NCBI GenBank assembly: GCA_973895155.1
Contig: OZ316896.1
Coordinates: 18,898,754-18,962,753 of the forward strand
Length of the DNA: 64,000 nucleotides
Direction of reading: 5' to 3'
Source of the DNA: Marsupella aquatica
Taxonomy: Eukaryota > Plantae > Marchantiophyta
The notes under the pieces are model-generated. The model saw only the letters and a list, made by a program, of their open reading frames with translations, was not told the origin of the DNA and ran no database searches. Numbering within the stretch: position 1 is the first letter of the stretch; every line of letters starts with the position of its first letter. Position numbers and translations under genes: made by a program. Shown here one piece after another: positions 1 through 10,880 of this stretch.

Positions 1-109
1 GTTTGTGAGGCAAGGCAAAGAAAAACAGTTAGACCAGTGAATGTAAGAACAATGGAAAATTGAAAAGTAAACAATGAAAAAGGTGAAAATGGGGTGCAAC
101 AATCTCACA

Positions 110-385
110 TTCTGATGGGTTCTCGGGGGTTTCACTTCCACAAATATGGCACATCATGTGCCGCGAAACATAGGGTCGTTTGATTGGTTCTAAGGGAAGA
201 CTTAAGAATTTTCTCAGAAGAACAATATGGTCTTTTAAATTCAATTTTGAAACTTAGAAGATTATTAGGGTTTTGTAATCAAAATTGGAATATACCAAAG
301 CGAGATAGCAAGAATATTCAAACTTTATAGGGTTTAAAAATTAATATTTTTTCTTACATTTTAGGGGGTCTGAGGCCTTAAAACA
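110..385 (+). repeat. Diverged inverted copy of the element's internal subterminal region (~10030-10350), lying outside the left TIR
   Basis: e.g. ggaagacttaagaattt and aacttagaagattattaggg match the reverse complements of aaattctaaagtcttcc and ccctaatattcttctaagtt. Confidence 0.6.
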
Positions 386-613
386 TTGCAGGTGATGGGG
401 AGACCTCCATATAGTGAGACCCCTGAGGATGGGGTGAGATTGACATATCACTATTTTCTGCTAAATTTTAAAGAATTTCCATTAATTTAATTGGCAAAAA
501 TGGGTAGAAAGAAACACTTCAGCTACTGTAACATTTACCAACTAAGGTAAAGTAAGGTTAGTTTTGGCTACTATGGACAGAAGACTAACAAGATAATGTA
601 ACTTCCATTGTTG

Positions 614-727
614 GAGAAATTTGCTTGGTGGGACCTTGCTTGAAAGTTGCCGACTTAACCAATCCCCAAAAGTCCAAAATGACTCTGTGGGGGCCTCAAA
701 CCTATGTTGGAGCGGGTTTAGTAAGAA
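614..727 (+). repeat. Left terminal inverted repeat
   Basis: gagaaatttgcttggtgggacc...gttggagcgggtttagtaagaa matches the reverse complement of 10768-10880. Confidence 0.85.
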
Positions 728-1309
728 ATTAACTCCTCCCCCCCACAACGCAGCATCAAGCAACGACTCTGCTCCCAGCGCGCAGTCCACTTGGTGCTGA
801 CTTCTCTTCCCATTACAAGTCAACGGCTTCTCTCTCCAGCACGCACCTAAATCACTCTCGGGGGCCTCAGTATATAGAGACCCCCATATCACGCTCGACG
901 TTTTGGACCCTTGCACCCCTAACTTATTAAGTAAAATTTTTATTTCCCCTTCCCTATCATACTTAGAAGAATTCCAAATCCTAACATTTTGACCCCTAAA
1001 AATAGTTAAGTAAAGTTTTGTTGTGAATTAAACACCCCTTAGTAAGAAAAGAAAAGTTCATTCAAATGCGCACCTTATCTGGGTCTTTGTCAAGCTTATT
1101 TGAACCCTAATGTGCTCCTTAGGCATCCATATCTCAAGGAAAACTGATAGTATATAGTGTTGATGCTTCCACTAAGAATACCAATTCTAGTAGAAGCTTC
1201 AGCAATATACAGTATGAGTTATTCATATTGCAATCTGTTGTGCTTGTCTGATGTGAAAGGTAGGTATACCAAAAAGGAATTGAGTCAAGAATCTGAATGG
1301 TGAGTGTCC

Positions 1310-1369
1310 GTGGCAGAGGGGAATTGAACCCCTGATTGAGCAAGAAGCTCAAGTATCCAAATCTGCCAC
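1310..1369 (-). ncRNA. D-armless tRNA-like (mascRNA-like) 60-nt structure in the transposase 3' region
   Basis: Minus strand GTGGCAG-ATTTGGATAC-TTGAG CTTCTTG CTCAA-TC-AGGGG TTCAATT CCCCT-CTGCCAC: 7-bp acceptor stem, 5-bp stem with 7-nt loop, 5-bp T stem with canonical TTCRA loop. All pairs are Watson-Crick. Confidence 0.65.
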
Positions 1370-1441
1370 CCCCTAGCCTATCCCCCTAACCTATCCCCTA
1401 TACATACTAAAACCACTACCATGACTATTGATGCATGAAAA

Positions 1442-4400
1442 TCATTCAACTCTAGACATGGTCTCCAAATAAGTATCCAAAGCTTGTTTATCAACTCGAT
1501 CTATCACATACACTAAACCAATCCCTTGTTTCATGGTTAAAGTAACATTAGTCATCACCATTTCTATATCAATCCATTGTAAATCAGTTGTATCATAAGT
1601 GAATTCAACTTTGCTTGAGCTTGTTGGCTTATACCAATTGAACAAGAACTGACAAATACTCCCTACGTGTCCATGAGGAGGTGTTGGTCTATCAAGCAAA
1701 TCAATAGCAGATCTCACTCTAGTCCATTGTCCTTTAACTTTTTGTCTCATCATCATAATCCGACCAAGCCAAAATTCTTTCTTTGCTTGCACTACTGGCT
1801 CTTGAATCCTAGATTTACCTCTTCCCTTACCTTTCCCCTTTTTTGATCTTGTAGAAGGGCCTGCATCATTAGCACTTTCAAATGCTACTCCACAATCACT
1901 CCCAACATCAACAAAACAAGTCACAGTATTCGGATCACATTGTTTCCTCTTACCAAGATTATAGTATGCCACTTGCTTCACCCTTGTCAGCCTATCTTTA
2001 GACAAATGAGGGTTGCCCACTAGTTGACTCACCAAAGTTGATTTGTAAATTGTTCTGCCCTCATATGTAACTGTAGGCAAAACCTTCTTCTTTTCCTGTA
2101 GAGGGCTCTGAAAAGACTGTGTAAACTCAGCTACAACAGAAGACAACACATGACGAACCTCATGCCCCAAAGTATCTACCTCCACAGAATGAGGTTCTGG
2201 TATGTCTAACTCAACCCCATCCTGCAAAACATCATCAGGAATGGTTAGCTCATCTGTCAACCATGCATCAATTCGATTTAGATCTTCCTCAGGGTCTTCA
2301 AATTCATGAAAATCTCCTTCTGGACGAGGTCCAATTGGAGATATGTGCTCTACATGCTCTTCAGAATCATCAACAATAACTGCCTCTGCTATTATAGCTG
2401 AATCTGGCCATGTCTGAACTTCCACATCCCAAGGGTGAGTCCACCATCGCTTTCTTGCTGCTGGCAGATCACTTCTGGGAGACATTTGTAACCTTCTAAG
2501 AAACTCTCTTGCTTCTTCAAAACCTTCTTTCAAGGCTGCAACCACCATCTCATTAGTTTGCACTTTAGAGTAATCAAAAAGATTAGGTGCATCTTCACCT
2601 TCAAGTAAAGGATGAAGCTTGGCCCATACATGATCTTGCTTTTTATGTGATCGAGCTACTTTCAAGCCCTCTGGTCCACATTCTAATCCAGCAAGACGAT
2701 TTAACCCAACAGCACTGTCCAACAAGGAGCCAAAATCATAATTCCTCTCATGGCCACTCATTCCACCTACTTTGCTGAAAAATATCTCACAACAATCAGA
2801 ACCTAACTCATGAAATGGAATACACAAGTGAGAAAACTTATCACGAAATGCACATATAAGCAATACAATAAATTGACATGACATGTTAACATCATGAAAA
2901 GCCTGGATTGAAATCATATTTCTCTCTGTATGTGAAGCAACATTTCCACCTACAGCATGATCACCATACCTCAACCACAACCTCCACAATCGAAAGAACC
3001 AAGAAACTTTGCCTGCCAGCTTCACTCTAGTCCTCAGGTCATGTCTCTGGGAGTAGAAAATGTCAATATAGTCTGCACAAATCTGCAGATACAACTCTGT
3101 CCCCAAACTTCGTTCATGCAACAGATCAATTCTTCCATGCAGATCTGCTAAACAGTCACGCACCTTTTCTGATGCTATCCTTTGGGGACCAGCCCAGTTT
3201 TGACGGTCGGATCTGTTCACATCATCCCAATTCAATCCATGTTGATAGATTGGATAGTTATTGTACACATTACAAACATGAAATAGGGAAGCATGTTGGT
3301 CTCCAAGTGCCATTATTGAGGACACTCGATCTAGTGGGTTAATCAACTTTTTTCCATTGTGAGGCTGGTCTTGATCACCAAAACCATACAGGTCCCCATT
3401 AGGCAATATGGCAACTGAGTAAGGCCATCCTTCCCACCCTACAGAAAACCTAGGGTAAGACCCATTAGCTCCTCTGTAATCTTCTAACATCAATTTCCTG
3501 CGCCTTGCATCACCATCACTAGCATGCCCAAGCAAAGGACCTACAGAGTCTCTGCAATGTAGATCCCAAGATTCTTTCAATTGCTTCCAGTGCTCTCTAA
3601 CCCATTCTGCCTTGAACTTGTTACATGTTGATATAGCACAGAGGGCCAACTTTGGCATTCCAACATGCAATGGATTCACAATGACAACTCTAGCATACAT
3701 TCCCTTGTTAAAATCCTCAAATGTATTTACAATCTTGTTATAGCCATCCTCACCATCACCTACAAGAATTTCTAATCCAAATTCACAGGTATGCCCATCC
3801 TTATGGCCACAAAAACCAATCAGAGTGTCATATTTGGCCTCCCACCTGCAGAGAGCCAATTTCAAATGAAAACCAAGTCAATTTCAAAGAATTGGTAAAA
3901 CTATGCATCACAAATAATCTTCACCTTCAATTGCATCATTATGTGCTATAATATGCAAACATACCTTGGGCTTTCCTTGATCCTAGTTTCATCCTCTGCA
4001 AGCATGACAGGTACATGTCCTTCAATTCCCAACATCTCCTTTGCAGCAGACAGAATTCGAGCCACCTCCTTGAATGTTTTTGGCCTAATTCCAGCACGAA
4101 ATTGAACAAATTTTGCTCTATCTCGTTTTAGTGTCTTCAGGCTTGGCCCAGCTAAGTTCCTTGCAAAAACATGGGCCACCTGCCGGCCCCCATATTGAAA
4201 CATAGCCTGAGCTATGGCTTTTGTTTTCTGACTATAACGAAACCCCCTTGCACTTCTCTCCAAATTTCTACCTACATCTTTCAGAAAATCCCACAGACCT
4301 TCTTTTCCACCAAATGCACCATTCCTATGACCATTGACTATACTCCTTAGGAAAAGTCTCAAATCTTTTCTGTCTGCAGCTACTCCTAAGAGTTCTTGCA

Positions 4401-6021
4401 ATTTTCTCTTCCTAGTACTAAGGGCACACACTTTCTGAGTTTGTAATGCCAACAACCATCTCTCTTTTCTTCTCTTGACATTGAGACCATGCATCTGTGT
4501 GGTCAACTCTGGACGTGTCAAGTAGCGTGCATTCAAACCACCCTCTGTGCTTCTTTCCCCTCTCTTTGCTAAAGCCTCCGCTTCCCTGTGCACCCGCCCA
4601 CGAAAGTCATCTTCTAGTGTTATAGCATGACATCTACTGCAAGTTAAGTTCAGAAACCCCCCACCATACAAGGACAGCCTACAACACTGTTTATGCCTAA
4701 ATAGTCCTTCTATATGTACAATAGAATTTGTATTAGGATTGTAGACATCAACAGAGACTGTGGCATTTACATCCCATACATGTCCTCCATGCTGATCCTG
4801 TAAGATACCCTTCACAGCATACTTCACATTCTTCCACTCTACATATTCATCCCATATTCCCCAACAGAGCAAACTTAGGCCCATATCAATGTCTACAGAC
4901 CCACCTGTGCCAGAGCTGCTGCTTGCATTGGAAGCATCCTCCTTGAAGAATTTTAAAATTGAATTCTGTGAAGGATGTTGATCCCTCTCATCTGGCTTCC
5001 TTGGTCTGCCCCTCTTTCCAGATCTCAATGCAAGTTCAGCAGTATTCTCTCTGGCTTCAACTACATCCAGGTGACCTCGACTGACCAAGTGTGTCCTCAG
5101 GTTGTGATCCAAAGTCCCCTTCTTACAAACCAGATCCATGATTGCCCCACAAACCTTACACCTGACCTTATACAGGAACCACTTGTTTGCATTATTGGCT
5201 AAACCAGGCACAGGGGGCACATGAAATAGCTCATCATCACCTCCACACTCAGCATTCAAATTCTGTACTATCTCTAGGCCAGTTGCTATGGCCCCCTCAT
5301 AATCAAACTCAGGCTTTTGTGCAAGATCTGAGGGCTTCACTCCAATCATAGCAATTCCCCTTCTCCTACAGTAATTGTCTTTGTGTTTAGCAAAGGCAAG
5401 GTGCTTGGTCTTAAAATTGCTAAACAGATTAGCAATTGACTTCTTATCTTGGGAATTGTCTGCCCTCCCATAGATAACTCTGCACTCAAGACACTCTAAA
5501 TGGCCTCTCACATCCTGTCCTTCATCCCATGTACGAATTCTCCAATTATGATTTTTATAACCATTCTTTTGAACCCACTTCTCTAGTCTTATAAATTCAT
5601 CATTCCAAACTTTGACAGCTGCCTTAGACATAAGAATAGACTCAAAAGAAGCTCTCACAGGGGGAGCTTCTTGCAGTTGTTCACCTTGGGAAGAGTCCAC
5701 TGCAACTGATTGGGTGACAGCAACAGAAACCGATGGGAACTCTGTCCCAACAGTCGGCAAGGATCCAATTTGTTCAATGACAGCAACTTTCCCATCCAAT
5801 TCAGACAGCTCAGTCATTTTCTCACTCTTGACCTTCATTCGACCAGGAAGCCTATAATCCCAGAAATCAAAATCAAAATCAACCAAATCAGGAATTCGAT
5901 TTCGAAAATCAGCTAAAGTTTGACCTTCTTTGAACGCCAACACAGCTATTGGTTCTTCATCTTTCCCATCAGTCACCACATCCCTTTTTTTGTGCAATAG
6001 TTTTACAAACTGGGTAGCCAT
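1442..6021 (-). CDS. P-element/THAP9-like DDE transposase, ~1486 aa, two exons (6021-3965 and 3845-1442)
   Basis: The 709-aa and 807-aa ORFs join in frame (ESPR|WEAK) via a 119-nt GT-AG intron 3964-3846 (ccaag|gtatgt ... tgcag|gtgg). P-type motifs occur in the expected order: RYSxxTK...GPSLKTLKR, MLAEDET (D at 3991-3993), ASDGD (~3508-3520), DQPH (D/CxxH, ~3359-3370), GTELYL...DIFYS, GSDCCEIFFS (E at 2786-2788). Start taken as the first ATG (MATQ, 6021). Confidence 0.8.
3846..3964 (-). other. Spliceosomal intron (119 nt, phase 2) of the transposase
   Basis: GTATGT donor and TGCAG acceptor, AT-rich; splicing joins the two long ORFs in frame. Confidence 0.85.
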
Positions 6022-6246
6022 TTCAATGAATTGGTTCAAGTAGGTTAAAGTATCAAGGGTTCTAAATACATTCACAGATACATAATGGACCTGCCATACA
6101 CAATGAACCTGTCATACAACACAGTAAACAACACAATATGAAGCAAATTAGACATTGTTCAAAAAACCTTTTCAAAACCAGCTTTTAAGAAGACCCAAAC
6201 AAAAACTTGCTGGTCATTGTTCACATGTGATTAGTCTAGTGAAACT

Positions 6247-6912
6247 CTAAGAAGTATGAGGCTGCACAGGAACTAGTTCACCCTCAGCTATTCTATGCCT
6301 ATGACAATAAATGAAACGCCAGCCTTCCACATCCCAGTGGTCCCTGCCCTTCACACACCTCCTAAGGTGTTTCACTCCCCCAGTTGTCTCATCATGACAC
6401 CAACTTCGAGGGCACCTACGACACTGGACAAAGTCCTTAATCCCATCCTTGTACACTTTACAATACTCACAAAAGTGCCTTGGGCACATTAGGCTCTTTG
6501 GATTCCCTGGCTGAGACCTTTGAGACAGTGCTGCAACCATAAGCAACACCCTAAGGCAACCAGGGTGGTAATGAGAAAAGCAATCGGGGTGGGCACAATG
6601 GAGCACAAGAGATTCATTTTCTGTGGGGTGCTCAAATCTGCCAATGAGTCCACAAGCAAAGCATCTAGCTTTGCCAGCAGCACATAGTTGACAAACCCAT
6701 GGTGCCGTCCAGTCATTGTTTTCAGGCAGTGTGACAGGAGTGCAAGCAGGCCCATGTATACCTTCTCCACCAACAAAGTGAAAATGTCTACTACAAGGCC
6801 CATCACAAAATACCACATCATCTGTCTCATCACAAAAGAAACAACAAGGAGGATCCATGCGGTGGTGCTCCTTGTGGGAAAATATGTCAATCCTGGGCAC
6901 ATTAGAAGCCAT
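6247..6912 (-). CDS. Stand-alone EDM2/NSD-type tandem PHD-finger protein (~221 aa)
   Basis: CFFCD...FCDGPCSRHFH...WVCQLC...RCFACGLIG...CAHPDCFSHYHPGC...CPRHFCEYC...CRRCPRSW...IYCHRHRI...LVP follows the Cys/His spacing and terminal motif of the plant EDM2 PHD cassette as I recall it. ATG at 6912 lies after an acceptor at 6951. Confidence 0.75.
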   Translation of the reverse strand: MASNVPRIDIFSHKEHHRMDPPCCFFCDETDDVVFCDGPCSRHFHFVGGEGIHGPACTPVTLPENNDWTAPWVCQLCAAGKARCFACGLIGRFEHPTENESLVLHCAHPDCFSHYHPGCLRVLLMVAALSQRSQPGNPKSLMCPRHFCEYCKVYKDGIKDFVQCRRCPRSWCHDETTGGVKHLRRCVKGRDHWDVEGWRFIYCHRHRIAEGELVPVQPHTS

Positions 6913-7149
6913 CTCTGCTTGTTGGATAAGTTGCTGGATAGTGGATTTACCTATGCACACCACATTCATTAAACACTGAATAGCCAATTGAGGTTATTGG
7001 TGCAACTACATAGCATATATCATAAACAAAAGCATACCTTTTATTGATCTCTTATCTGACTAGCAAGAGCTGCAACAAATGGTGTATCTTGAGGCTTGCT
7101 CCTTCCACAAGGTTCACATATAAACCCTGGTATATTGCTGAAGCTTCTG

Positions 7150-7383
7150 AGATGCTTTGACTACATCGTAAGCCAATCCATCCTGCAAGAAGCTCAAGCC
7201 AATAAATCCCGCAAGCTCGAGTCAAGATCTAGAATAACAATTAAATCCAAGAAGACCTAACACAAAAGATGCTTCGACTACATCGTAATTAAGCCAATCC
7301 ATCTGCAAGAAGCTTGAGCCAATCAATCCTGCTAGAGTGAAGATCTATAATAACACATCCAAGAAGACCAAACACCAAAGATA
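7150..7383. repeat. Tandem duplication, ~117-bp unit x2
   Basis: agatgcttYgactacatcgtaa..gccaatccatc.tgcaagaagct at 7150 and 7267. Confidence 0.75.
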
Positions 7384-7945
7384 CAAGGAAGCGGGCAGGG
7401 AAGAACTTGAACAAACAGTAATCTTGAGAACTCTGGAAAATAGCGGCATGACATGGAAGTCTTACTATAGATCATGAAATGAACTTTCAATTCAACTTCA
7501 GCCAGAGCTAGGCCAGAGATAATATACCTTGGCAATTATTGGCTCCAAGCTATAGACGTGGAACAAATCCTCTTGTTGGATAAGCTGCACATTCAACATA
7601 GAGCCATTCAAATGAATGTTATTCAAGATTGCATTGAACAAATACCACTATGAACAATCACTGTTGAACAACTTACAGTGAGACTAATCCAATCAATTAA
7701 TCAGGATTGAAACAGGAGTTGTTGAGGACGCTGCTATGGCAAGGGCGCCTGCAATCCTACTTGCAAGAAGTAAAACACATAAGATAGACTAATCAGGCAT
7801 GCAAAATCTCCAAGCAAAGAAAAATGTGAAATTGGCAATGGAGTCGATCCCACTGACATTTTCTCACAATCAGTTCCCTTCCAGCATTTTCAATCCAAAT
7901 CTCATAGACAAACTGCAGGGAACTCAGAAGTGGACCATTGAGATA

Positions 7946-8056
7946 GACTACAACATTTTCTACCACAGACTACAACAGACAATCGGGCTGACATTGAAAG
8001 GACAACATTTTCTACCACAGACTACAATAGACAGTCGAGCTGACATTGAAAGGACC
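7946..8056. repeat. Tandem duplication, ~56-bp unit x2
   Basis: acaacatttYctaccacagactacaaYagacaRtcgRgctgacattgaaaggac twice. Confidence 0.8.
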
Positions 8057-8439
8057 ATGAGACAACTTTCAAAGTTGACACACACAAACAAGACCTGCCC
8101 TTACCTTCACCAAGAGCCAACATGCAAGCGCAAATAGAGAACTAAGGACCAAATTTGATCGACTGTGAAGTTGACAATCAGTTCCTTCACCATTTTTGGG
8201 CATGAGACAGACAACTTTCACCAGCATCAGCGCAGTATGACAAACGGTGCCCCCAACAAAGCTTGATCTACCAAGTAATCAAATCACAATGAATCAAAGG
8301 AAGCAATTGAAAACTAGCAGGACAATGAAAGAGAACTCCACCACAAGTACTTGCAGATCGAATGACAGTGCATCCTACCAAGGTCAATCAGCTCCTTGGT
8401 GCCCGGTCCAATCTCAACATGTACAGTCTTGATCGATCG

Positions 8440-8630
8440 ATTGACCTTCAGCTTGATTGATCAATCAGCTGCTCCAACACGGCCGCTACACCAAAGACGA
8501 CCCTTCAGTTGGATAGATCAGCTAGGAGCTCAAACACAACCGCAGCACCCAACGACGACCCTTCAGCTTGATATTTCAGCTGGTTGCTCAAACACAACCG
8601 TAGCACCCAGTGGCAACCTTCACCGCAGCA
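8440..8630. repeat. Diverged ~58-bp tandem repeat x3
   Basis: accttcagYt.gat...tcagct...gctcMaacac..ccgYa..ac recurs three times. Confidence 0.65.
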
Positions 8631-9318
8631 CCCAGCAGGACAGCCGCAGCCGTGACCTTGATCACACTCAGTCGCAACGCCCACGTTCATGCAATTGACT
8701 TCAGCCCCAACTTCAGCTACACCTCGATCATAGTTGCAATGCCCAGCTGAGCGCCCAACTTGAAGCAACACCCACAATTGCCCGATCACTTTCACTCCCA
8801 GAATGACTGCAGCTGATCAAAATCGCAGTAGATCACGCTCGCAGCTGAACAGACTTGCAGCTGAATAGACTCGCAGCTGCCACCTAAGTTTGATCAACAG
8901 AGCCACAATGCCCATCCCATGTGTAAGCATTTCCTTCAAAAAAGCTCGAAGCAATACCCAGAAATGCCCACCGTGTGCAGCAAGCTCAGTCATTGCCGCA
9001 GCACCCAACCTGAGTCTAAGCATTTCCTTCAAGAAAAGATCAAGACCCTGAGTGCAAACTTTGTCCACTATCTACGAAGGAAGCAACACGATTGAGGAAA
9101 CAACATGATTGAAGGCAGCAGCTTGCACAAGCAGCTTAAAACGAAGGAAGCATCACGATTGAAGGGAGCAACTCGATTGAAGGGAGCAGCATGAAAAGCA
9201 GGGAAGCACTCGACAAACAAAAAGGGATCAAGGAGGTCAGCCAAGAGGAAAAGTTCAAAGAAAGGGAGGAATACCTCAGTCTTCAGTTCAACCTGTGGAG
9301 TCACGCTTTTGCCCTTCG

Positions 9319-9392
9319 CCTTCAAGCTTGCCCCGGGCCTTCAAGCTTGCCCCGACCTTCAAGCTTGCCCCAACGTTCAACTTGCCTTCAAT
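9319..9392. repeat. 18-19-bp minisatellite (ccttcaagcttgcccc..) x3-4
   Basis: Directly visible tandem units. Confidence 0.75.
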
Positions 9393-10767
9393 CTCGCCCC
9401 TCTCCCTTTGCCTTCAAGCTCGCTCTCTGCCTAGCCTTTTCCAAGTGCTCCGTAAGGGATCGCAACACATTGATTGGGAGAACCTCAATCTCCCGAGTTG
9501 CCAAAGCCTCCCACTTAGTCGACCTCAATGAGCGCCCACCTCCTTCAACTGACCTTGCGCAACCACTGTCACCTCACATCCACCAACCTCAACGCAAGCT
9601 TGTGCAGCAGTCAATCGAACTCTCGTTCTAGCTCGCAACTTCCTTCACAGAATGCACTACTTTCCTTAAAAAAAACAGAGGCAGCACCCAACCTTCGATG
9701 CGCAACTCATCGTGACTCATCTTGTGCACTCTCGTGTGCACTTCCCTTTGCAAAGCTAAACCCTACCTCCCATCCAACGGTCCAACATTTGCCCTAAACG
9801 GCTCATATTTGCCTTTGCCCTGATCGTTGGATGCCCCTCCAAATGGATGGATAGATGGCCCTGCGAGATTCACCCCCTAAACACCCACAGCCATCTACAA
9901 AGAATTTGGCAGTTGCACCTGGGAGAATGGATGTCCCCGACACTTCCTACCCCAACCCTTCCCCTTCCCCCCTTGTGGTCCACCAAACCATCCACGTCCC
10001 GCCCAAAAAATTCAAATTTTGTCCCTTAGTGCTCGTCTTAAGGCCACCATGAAACCCCCATTAAGCACTATAACCTGTTTACATAAGGATGGGCCACGTG
10101 GACCAATTAAAAACAGACACGTGTTCCTCATATATGGCCAGGCCAAAAATGCCCTATCTTCAACTAACAACTTATATTGAAGAAGTGGTGTTTATAATAC
10201 CCCTAATATTCTTCTAAGTTGCAAGATATATTTTTCAACCCCTATAGTTCTTCAACAAAAATTCTAAAGTCTTCCGCAAAATTGAATTAAAAAACCCTAT
10301 ACTTTTTCGCGCGTGATGGGTCGGAAGGAAATAAGTGAGGACCCCGGGAAATCACTTCTGTCCCCAGCACGCAGCTCAATCAGTTTCAGGTGATCTCCGG
10401 TTCACTCTGCTGGTCGAAGCTCTCCTCACAGCGTCAACCACATTACTCTAAACGATCCTCACAGCCTCGCAGCCCAGCCCAGACTGCAGTGCAGCTTCAA
10501 TGCATCACTCTCAACGATCATAAATCCTCTCCTCTCGATCAGTGCAGCGCAGCTTTGACTCCTGGCAATCCACCACAATGTGTCAACATTGGGTTCTTGT
10601 TCAATGGCACCCAATGTTTGCTTGGGAAGTCCTGGGCCTGGCCTCATGTGCGTGTTGCAGTGGGGTCCTAACGGGTACACAAGAAGTTGTCCCTGCCCTC
10701 TCTCCCAACGTCAATTTTTGCCGTTCTCACCCAGATTTGGTGTGAGACATCTGTAGAGCCTGACAAG

Positions 10768-10880
10768 TTCTTACTAAACCCGCTCCAACCTACTATTGAG
10801 GTCCCACTGAGTCATTTTGGACTTTTGGGCACTGGTTAAGTCAGCAACTTTCATTAGTGGTCCCACCAAGCAAATCTCTC
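10768..10880 (-). repeat. Right terminal inverted repeat
   Basis: ttcttactaaacccgctccaac...ggtcccaccaagcaaatctctc is the reverse complement of the left repeat (~86% by eye). Confidence 0.85.

Larger units (their letters stand above)
614..10880 (-). mobile_element. Putative autonomous DNA transposon with P-element-like transposase, ~114-bp TIRs and two genes
   Basis: 614-727 and 10768-10880 are inverted repeats (about 98/114 identical by eye) enclosing an intact DDE transposase and a PHD gene. No perfect target-site duplication: 9-bp flanks ccattgttg / tccttcttg match 6/9. Confidence 0.75.

Noticed and set aside
1310-1369. Canonical tRNA-Arg(TCT) gene
   Set aside because: No D stem, only a 2-nt variable region and no oligo-T terminator directly after it; kept as a tRNA-like structure only
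1442-6075. Two separate genes (709 aa and 807 aa)
   Set aside because: Both listed starts are non-ATG and a GT-AG intron joins them in frame, splitting the DDE triad across the two exons
9191-9631. 146-aa ORF and neighbouring short ORFs at 7800-9800
   Set aside because: Derived from minisatellite/low-complexity sequence with no recognisable domain
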